Source: Eledone cirrhosa (Eukaryota). Taken from it: 64,000 bases of DNA. The notes under the pieces were generated by a model. It was not told the origin of the DNA, did no database searches, and saw only the letters and a list, made by a program, of their open reading frames with translations. The DNA lies in the NCBI GenBank assembly GCA_964016885.1, contig OZ024747.1, forward strand, positions 124,001 through 188,000, written 5' to 3'. A program made the position numbers and the translations under genes. Position 1 is the stretch's first letter. Each line of letters begins with the position of its first letter. This document shows, one piece after another, positions 55,501 through 64,000 of this stretch.

Positions 55501-58500
55501 GGTGTTAGAGCAGTGTGGTGAGGATTGTGTGGTGTATTAGAGCAGTGTGGTGAGGATTGTGTGGTGTTAGAGCAGTGTGGTGAGGATTGTGGTGTATTAG
55601 AGCAGTGTGGTGAGGATTGTGGTGTGGTGTTAGAGCAGTGTGGTGAGGATTGTGCGGTGTTAGAGCAGTGTGGTGAGGATTGTGGTGTGGTGTTAGAGCA
55701 GTGTGGTGAGGATTGTGCGGTGTTAGAGCAGTGTGGTGAGGATTGTGTGGTGTTAGAGCAGTGTGGGGAGGATTGTGTGGAGTTAGATCAGTGTGGTGAG
55801 GATTGTGCGGTGTTAGAGCAGTGTGGTGAGGATTGTGTGGTGTTAGAGCAGTGTGGTGAGGATTGTGTGGTGTTAGAGCAGTGTGGTGAGGATTGTGGTG
55901 TGTTAGAACAGTGTGGTGAGGATTGTGGTGTGTTAGAGCAGTGTGGTGAGGATTGTGGTGTGGTGTTAGAGCAGTGTGGTGAGGATTGTGTGGTGTATTA
56001 GAGCAGTGTGGTGAGGATTGTGTGGTGTTAGAGCAGTGTGGTGAGGATTGTGGTGTATTAGAGCAGAGTGCTGAGGATTGTGTGGTGTTAGAGCAGTGTG
56101 GTGAGGATTGTGGTGTGTTAGAGCAGTGTGGTGAGGATTGTGTGGTGTTAGAGCAGTGTGGTGAGGATTGTGGTGTGGTGTTAGAGCAGTGTGGTGAGGA
56201 TTGTGTGGTGTATTAGAGCAGTGTGGTGAGGATTGTGTGGTGTTAGAGCAGTGTGGTGAGGATTGTGGTGTATTAGAGCAGTGTGCTGAGGATTGTGTGG
56301 TGTTAGAGCAGTGTGGTGAGGATTGTGGTGTGTTAGAGCAGTGTGGTGAGGATTGTGGTGTATTAGAGCATTTAGGTGAGGATTGTGTGGTGTATTAGAG
56401 CAGTGTGGTGAGGATTGTGTGGTGAGGATTGTGTGGTGTATTAGAGCAGTGTGGTGAGGATTGTGTGGTGTATTAGAGCAGTGTGGTGAGGATTGTGTGG
56501 TGTTAGAGCAGTGTGGTGAGGATTGTGTGGTGTTAGAGCAGTGTGGTGAGGATTGTGTGGTGTTAGAGCAGTGTGGTGAGGATTGTGGTGTGTTAGAGCA
56601 GTGTGGTGTGGTGTTAGAGCAGTGTGGTGAGGATTGTGTGGTGTTAGAGCAGTGTGGTGAGGATTGTGTGGTGTTAGAGCAGTGTGGTGAGGATTGTGGT
56701 GTGTTAGAGCAGTGTGGTGAGGATTGTGTTTTGTTAGAGCAGTGTGGTGAGGATTGTGGTGTGTTAGAGCAGTGTGGTGAGGATTGTGTGGTGTTAGAGC
56801 AGTGTGGTGAGGATTGTGTGGTGTTAGAGCAGTGTGGTGAGGATTGTGGTGTGTTAGAGCAGTGTGGTGAGGATTGTGGTGTGTTAGAGCAGTGTGGTGA
56901 GGATTGTGGTGTGGTGTTAGAGCAGTGTGGTGAGGATTGTGTGGTGTATTAGAGCAGTGTGGTGAGGATTGTGGTGTATTAGAGCAGTGTGCTGAGGATT
57001 GTGTGGTGTTAAAGCAGTGTGGTGAGGATTGTGGTGTGTTAGAGCAGTGTGGTGAGGATTGTGTGGTGTTAGAGCAGTGTGGTGAGGATTGTGGTGTGTT
57101 AGAGCAGTGTGGTGAGGATTGTGGTGTGTTAGAGCAGTGTGGTGAGGATTGTGGTGTGTTAGAGCAGTGTGGTGAGGATTGTGTGGTGTTAGAACAGTGT
57201 GGTGAGGATTGTGTGGTGAGGATTGTGTGGTGTTAGAGCAGTGTGGTGAGGATTGTGGTGTGTTAGAGCAGTGTGGTGAGGATTGTGGTGTGTTAGAGCA
57301 GTGTGGTGAGGATTGTGTGGTGTTAGAGCAGTGTGGTGAGGATTGTGTGGTGTTAGAGCAGTGTGGTGAGGATTGTGGTGTGTTAGAGCAGTGTGGTGTT
57401 AGAGCAGTGTGGTGAGGATTGTGTGGTGTTAGAACAGTGTGGTGAGGATTGTGGTGTGTTAGAGCAGTGTGGTGAGGATTGTGTGGTGTTAGAGCAGTGT
57501 GGTGAGGATTGTGTGGTGTTAGAGCAGTGTGGTGAGGATTGTGGTGTGTTAGAGCAGTGTGGTGAGGATTGTGTGGTGTTAGAGCAGTGTGGTGAGGATT
57601 GTGGTGTGGTGAGGATTGTGTGGTGAGGATTGTGTGGTGTTAGAGCAGTGTGGTGTTAGAGCAGTGTGGTGAGGATTGTGTGGTGTTAGAGGAGTGTGGT
57701 GAGGATTGTTGTGTGGTGTTAGAGCAGTGTGATGAGGATTGTGTGGTGTTAGAGTAGTGTGGTGTTAGAGCAGTGTGATGAGGATTGTGGTGTGTTAGAG
57801 CAGTGTGGTGAGGATTGTGGTGTATTAGAGCATTTAGGTGAGGATTGTTGTGTGGTGTTAGAGCAGTGTGGTGAGGATTGTGGTGTGTTAGAGCAGTGTG
57901 ATGAGGATTGTGTGGTGAGGATTGTGGTGTGTTAGAGCAGTGTGGTGAGGATTGTGTGGTGTTAGAGCAGTGTGGTGAGGATTGTTGTGTGGTGTTAGAG
58001 CAGTGTGATGAGGATTGTGTGGTGTTAGAGGATTGTGGTGTGGTGTTAGAGTAGTGTGGTGTTAGAGCAGTGTGATGAGGATTGTGGTGTGTTAGAGCAG
58101 TGTGGTGAGGATTGTGGTGTATTAGAGCAGTGTGGTGAGGATTGTGGTGTGGTGTTAGAGCAGTGTGGTGAGGATTGTGGTGTGTTAGAGCAGTGTGGTG
58201 AGGATTGTGGTGTATTAGAGCAGTGTGCTGAGGATTGTGTGGTGTTAGAGCAGTGTGGTGAGGATTGTGGTGTGTTAGAGCAGTGTGGTGAGGATTGTGT
58301 GGTGTTAGAGCAGTGTGGTGAGGATTGTGTGGTGTTAGAGCAGTGTGGTGAGGATTGTGGTGTGTTAGAGCAGTGTGGTGAGGATTGTGTGGTGTTAGAG
58401 CAGTGTGGTGAGGATTGTGGTGTGTTAGAGCAGTGTCGTGAGGATTGTGTGGTGTTAGAGCAGTGTGGTGAGGATTGTGTGGTGTTAGAGCAGTGTGGTG

Positions 58501-61500
58501 AGGATTGTGGTGTGTTAGAGCAGTGTGGTGAGGATTGTGTGGTGTTAGAGCAGTGTGGTGAGGATTGTGGTGCGTTAGAGCAGTGTGGTGAGGATTGTGG
58601 TGTATTAGAGCATTTAGGTGAGGATTGTGTGGTGTATTAGAGCAGTGTGGTGAGGATTGTGGTGTGTTAGAGCAGTGTGGTGAGGATTGTGGTGTGGTGT
58701 TAGAGCAGTGTGGTGAGGATTGTGCGGTGTTAGAGCAGTGTGGTGAGGATTGTGGTGTGGTGTTAGAGCAGTGTGGTGAGGATTGTGGTGTGTTAGAGCA
58801 GTGTGGTGAGGATTGTGTGGTGTTAGAGCAGTGTGGTGAGGATTGTGTGGTGTTAGAGCAGTGTGGTGAGGATTGTGGTGTGTTAGAACAGTGTGGTGAG
58901 GATTGTGGTGTGTTAGAGCAGTGTGGTGTTAGAGCAGTGTGGTGTATTAGAGCAGTGTGGTGAGGATTGTGTGGTGTTAGAGCAGTGTGGTGAGGATTGT
59001 GGTGTATTAGAGCAGTGTGCTGAGGATTGTGTGGTGTTAGAGCAGTGTGGTGAGGATTGTGGTGTGTTAGAGCAGTGTGGTGAGGATTGTGTGGCGTTAG
59101 AGCAGTGTGGTGAGGATTGTGGTGTGGTGTTAGAGCAGTGTGGTGATGATTGTGTGGTGTATTAGAGCAGTGTGGTGAGGATTGTGTGGTGTTAGAGCAG
59201 TGTGGTGAGGATTGTGGTGTATTAGAGCAGTGTGCTGAGGATTGTGTGGTGTTAGAGCAGTGTGGTGAGGATTGTGGTGTGTTAGAGCAGTGTGGTGAGG
59301 ATTGTGGTGTATTAGAGCATTTAGGTGAGGATTGTGGTGTGTTAGAGCAGTGTCGTGAGGATTGTGTGGTGTTAGAGCAGTGTGGTGAGGATTGTGGTGT
59401 GTTAGAGCAGTGTGGTAAGGATTGTGGTGTGGTGAGGATTGTGTGGTGTTAGAGCAGTGTGGTGAGGATTGTGGTGTGTTAGAGCAGTGTGGTGAGGATT
59501 GTGTGGTGTTAGAGCAGTGTGGTGAGGATTGTGGTGTGTTAGAGCAGTGTGGTGAGGATTGTGTGGTGTTAGATCAGTGTGGTGAGGATTGTGGTGTGTT
59601 AGAGCAGTGTGGTGAGGATTGTGTGGTGTTAGAGCAGTGTGGTGAGGATTGTGTGGTGTTAGAGCAGTGTGGTGAGGATTGTGTGGTGTTAGAGCAGTGT
59701 GGTGAGGATTGTGGTGTGTTAGAGCAGTGTGGTGTGGTGTTAGAGCAGTGTGGTGAGGATTGTGTGGTGTTAGAGCAGTGTGGTGAGGATTGTGGTGTGT
59801 TAGAGCAGTGTGGTGAGGATTGTGTTTTGTTAGAGCAGTGTGGTGAGGATTGTGGTGTGTTAGAGCAGTGTGGTGAGGATTGTGTGGTGTTAGAGCAGTG
59901 TGGTGAGGATTGTGTGGTGTTAGAGCAGTGTGGTGAGGATTGTGGTGTGTTAGAGCAGTGTGGTGAGGATTGTGGTGTGTTAGAGCAGTGTGGTGAGGAT
60001 TGTGGTGTGGTGTTAGAGCAGTGTGGTGAGGATTGTGTGGTGAGGATTGTGGTGTATTAGAGCAGTGTGCTGAGGATTGTGTGGTGTTAGAGCAGTGTGG
60101 TGAGGATTGTGGTGTGTTAGAGCAGTGTGGTGAGGATTGTGTGGTGTTAGAGCAGTGTGGTGAGGATTGTGTGGTGTTAGAGCAGTGTGGTGAGGATTGT
60201 GGTGTGTTAGAGCAGTGTGGTGAGGATTGTGGTGTGTTAGAGCAGTGTGGTGAGGATTGTGGTGTGTTAGAGCAGTGTGGTGAGGATTGTGTGGTGTTAG
60301 AACAGTGTGGTGAGGATTGTGTGGTGAGGATTGTGGTGTGTTAGAGCAGTGTGGTGAGGATTGTGGTGTGTTAGAGCAGTGTGGTGTTAGAGCAGTGTGG
60401 TGAGGATTGTGTGGTGTTAGAGCAGTGTGGTGAGGATTGTGGTGTGTTAGAGCAGTGTGGTGAGGATTGTGGTGTATTAGAGCATTTAGGTGAGGATTGT
60501 GTGGTGTATTAGAGCAGTGTGGTGAGGATTGTGTGGTGTTAGAGCAGTGTGGTGAGGATTGTGGTGTGTTAGAGCAGTGTGGTGAGGATTGTGGTGTGTT
60601 AGAGAGTGTGGTGAGGATTGTGTGGTGTTAGAGCAGTGTGGTGAGGATTGTGGTGTGTTAGAGCAGTGTGGTGAGGATTGTGTGGTGAGGATTGTGGTGT
60701 GTTAGAGCAGTGTGGTGTGTTAGAGCAGTGAGGTGAGGATTGTGTGGTGTGTTAGAGCAGTGTGGTGAGGATTGTGTGGTGTTAGAGCAGTGTGGTGAGG
60801 ATTGTGTGGTGTTAGAGCAGTGTGGTGAGGATTGTGTGGTGTTAGAGCAGTGTGGTGAGGATTGTGTGGTGTTAGAGCAGTGTGGTGAGGATTGTTGTGT
60901 GGTGTTAGAGCAGCGTGATGAGGATTGTGTGGTGTTAGAGGATTGTGGTGTCGTGTTAGAGTAGTGTGGTGTTAGAGCAGTGTGATGAGGATTGTGGTGT
61001 GTTAGAGCAGTGTGGTGAGGATTGTGGTGTATTAGAGCATTTAGGTGAGGATTGTTGTGTGGTGTTAGAGCAGTGTGGTGAGGATTGTGTGGTGTTAGAG
61101 CAGTGTGGTGAGGATTGTGGTGTGTTAGAGCAGTGTGATGAGGATTGTGTGGTGTGTTAGAGCAGTGTGGTGAGGATTGTGGTGTGTTAGAGCAGTGTGG
61201 TGAGGATTGTGTGGTGTTAGAGCAGTGTGGTGAGGATTGTTGTGTGGTGTTAGAGCAGTGTGATGAGGATTGTGTGGTGTTAGAGGATTGTGGTGTGGTG
61301 TTAGAGTAGTGTGGTGTTAGAGCAGTGTGATGAGGATTGTGGTGTGTTAGAGCAGTGTGGTGAGGATTGTGGTGTATTAGAGCAGTGTGGTGAGGATTGT
61401 GGTGTGGTGTTAGAGCAGTGTGGTGAGGATTGTGGTGTGTTAGGGCAGTGTGGTGAGGATTGTGGTGTATTAGAGCAGTGTGGTGTTAGAGCAGTGTGGG

Positions 61501-64000
61501 GAGGATTGTGGTGTTAGAGCAGTGTGGTGAGGATTGTGGTGTATTAGAGCAGTGTGGTGAGGATTGTGTGGTGTGTTAGAGCAGTGTGGTGAGGATTGTG
61601 TGGTGTTAGAGCAGTGTGGTGAGGATTGTGGTGTGTTAGAGCAGTGTGGTGAGGATTGTGGTGTATTAGAGCAGTGTGCTGAGGATTGTGTGGTGTTAGA
61701 GCAGTGTGGTGAGGATTGTGTGGTGTATTAGAGCAGTGTGGTGAGGATTGTGGTGTGTTAGTGCAGTGTGGTGAGGATTGTGGTGTGTTAGAGCAGTGTG
61801 GTGAGGATTGTGGTGTGTTAGAGCAGTGTGGTGAGGATTGTGGTGTATTAGAGCAGTGTGCTGAGGATTGTGTGGTGTTAGAGCAGTGTGGTGAGGATTG
61901 TGGTGTGTTAGAGCAGTGTCGTGAGGATTGTGTGGTGTTAGAGCAGTGTGGTGAGGATTGTGTGGTGTTAGAGCAGTGTGGTGAGGATTATGGTGTGTTA
62001 GAGCAGTGTGGTGAGGATTGTGGTGTGTTAGAGCAGTGTGGTGAGGATTGTGTGGTGTTAGAGCAGTGTGGTGAGGATTGTGGTGTGAGGATTGTGTGGT
62101 GAGGATTGTGTGGTGTTAGAGCAGTGTGGTGAGGATTGTGGTGTGTTAGAGCAGTGTGGTGAGGATTGTGGTGTGTTAGAGCAGTGTGGTGTGGTGTTAG
62201 AGCAGTGTGGTGAGGATTGTGTGGTGTTAGAGCAGTGTGGTGAGGATTGTGTGGTGTTAGAGCAGTGTGGTGAGGATTGTGTGGTGTTAGAGCAGTGTGG
62301 TGAGGATTGTGTGGTGTTAGAGCAGTGTGGTGAGGATTGTGGTGTGTCAGAGCAGTGTGGTGTGGTGTTAGAGCAGTGTGGTGAGGATTGTGTGGTGTTA
62401 GAGCAGTGTGGTGAGGATTGTGTGGTGTTAGAGCAGTGTGGTGAGGATTGTGTGGTGTTAGAGCAGTGTGGTGAGGATTGTGGTGTGTTAGAGCAGTGTG
62501 GTGAGGATTGTGTTTTGTTAGAGCAGTGTGGTGAGGATTGTGGTGTGTTAGAGCAGTGTGGTGAGGATTGTGTGGTGTTAGAGCAGTGTGGTGAGGATTG
62601 TGTGGTGTTAGAGCAGTGTGGTGAGGATTGTGGTGTGTTAGAGCAGTGTGGTGAAGATTGTGGTGTGTTAGAGCAGTGTGGTGAGGATTGTGGTGTGGTG
62701 TTAGAGCAGTGTGGTGAGGATTGTGTGGTGTATTAGAGCAGTGTGGTGAGGATTGTGTGGTGAGGATTGTGGTGTATTAGAGTAGTGTGCTGAGGATTGT
62801 GTGGTGTTAGAGCAGTGTGGTGAGGATTGTGGTGTGTTAGAGCAGTGTGGTGAGGATTGTGTGGTGAGGATTGTGGTGTGTTAGAGCAGTGTGGTGAGGA
62901 TTGTGTGGTGTTAGAGCAGTGTGGTGAGGATTGTGGTGTGTTAGAGTAGTGTGGTGAGGATTGTGTTTTGTTAGAGCAGTGTGGTGAGGATTGTGGTGTG
63001 TTAGAGCAGTGTGGTGAGGATTGTGTGGTGTTAGAGCAGTGTGGTGAGGATTGTGTGGTGTTAGAGCAGTGTGGTGAGGATTGTGGTGTGTTAGAGCAGT
63101 GTGGTGAGGATTGTGGTGTGTTAGAGCAGTGTGGTGAGGATTGTGTGGTGAGGATTGTGGTGTGTTAGAGCAGTGTGGTGAGGATTGTGGTGTATTAGAG
63201 CATCTAGGTGAGGATTGTGTGGTGTATTAGAGCAGTGTGGTGAGGATTGTGTGGTGTTAGAGCAGTGTGGTGAGGATTGTGGTGTGGTGTTAGAGCAGTG
63301 TGGTGAGGATTGTGCGGTGTTAGAGCAGTGTGGTGAGGATTGTGGTGTGGTGTTAGAGCAGTGTGGTGAGGATTGTGCGGTGTTAGAGCAGTGTGGTGAG
63401 GATTGTGTGGTGTTAGAGCAGTGTGGGGAGGATTGTGTGGAGTTAGATCAGTGTGGTGAGGATTGTGTGGTGTTAGAGCAGTGTGGGGAGGATTGTGGTG
63501 TGTTAGAGCAGTGTGGTGAGGATTGTGGTGTGTTAGAACAGTGTGGTGAGGATTGTGGTGTGTTAGAGCAGTGTGGTGAGGATTGTGGTGTGGTGTTAGA
63601 GCAGTGTGGTGAGGATTGTGTGGTGTATTAGAGCAGTGTGGTGAGGATTGTGTGGTGTTAGAGCAGTGTGGTGAGGATTGTGGTGTATTAGAGCAGTGTG
63701 CTGAGGATTGTGTGGTGTTAGAGCAGTGTGGTGAGGATTGTGGTGTGTTAGAGCAGTGTGGTGAGGATTGTGTGGTGAGGATTGTGGTGTGGTGTTAGAG
63801 CAGTGTGGTGAGGATTGTGTGGTGTATTAGAGCAGTGTGGTGAGGATTGTGTGGTGTTAGAGCAGTGTGGTGAGGATTGTGGTGTATTAGAGCAGTGTGC
63901 TGAGGATTGTGTGGTGTTAGAGCAGTGTGGTGAGGATTGTGGTGTGTTAGAGCAGTGTGGTGAGGATTGTGGTGTATTAGAGCATTTAGGTGAGGATTGT
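37564..64000. repeat. Giant 30-bp satellite array, consensus GTGAGGATTGTGTGGTGTTAGAGCAGTGTG (alternative unit with TGTGGTGTG), about 880 units, running off the window end
   Basis: Continuous >26 kb; length variants of about 14-33 bp; degenerate first unit at about 37535. Confidence 0.99.

Noticed and set aside
37726-63798. Dozens of ORFs encoding (LEQCGEDCVV/CGV)n, a possible giant Cys-rich repeat protein
   Set aside because: Open frames follow from a 30-bp unit that lacks stops in one frame. Frequent 14- and 32-bp units shift the frame, starts are non-ATG, third positions hardly vary, and the array lies in an intron. The minus-strand frames (HCSNTTQSSP, HTALTPHNPH) fail for the same reasons.
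37564-64000. CRISPR-like array or telomeric repeat
   Set aside because: No unique spacers, no cas genes and a eukaryotic context. There are no TTAGGG tracts, only TTAGAG inside a 30-mer.

Overview
AT-rich animal genomic DNA. The SINE, RTE and microsatellite landscape suggests a cephalopod such as Octopus (inference). The window lies entirely inside one + strand gene, nucleoporin NUP155. I traced 15 internal coding exons (5960-36399, 1818 nt = 606 codons) with GT-AG boundaries and matching phases; the start and end of the gene are outside the window. The introns carry a three-level nest (piggyBac derivative inside a near-full-length CR1/L2-type LINE inside a Helitron-like element), a second piggyBac copy with a broken transposase in opposite orientation, RTE-type LINE copies with a PHD-like finger after the RT core, a non-autonomous Helitron, MITEs, many tRNA-derived SINEs and several minisatellites. 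From about 37.56 kb to the end is a >26 kb array of a 30-bp G/T-rich unit (about 880 units) with nested higher-order duplications, apparently within a NUP155 intron. The many 'LEQCGEDCVV' ORFs are translations of this satellite, not genes. I found no firm evidence of a wholly new biological system. The best leads are the giant structured intronic satellite and the inverted transposon pairs around NUP155 exons.
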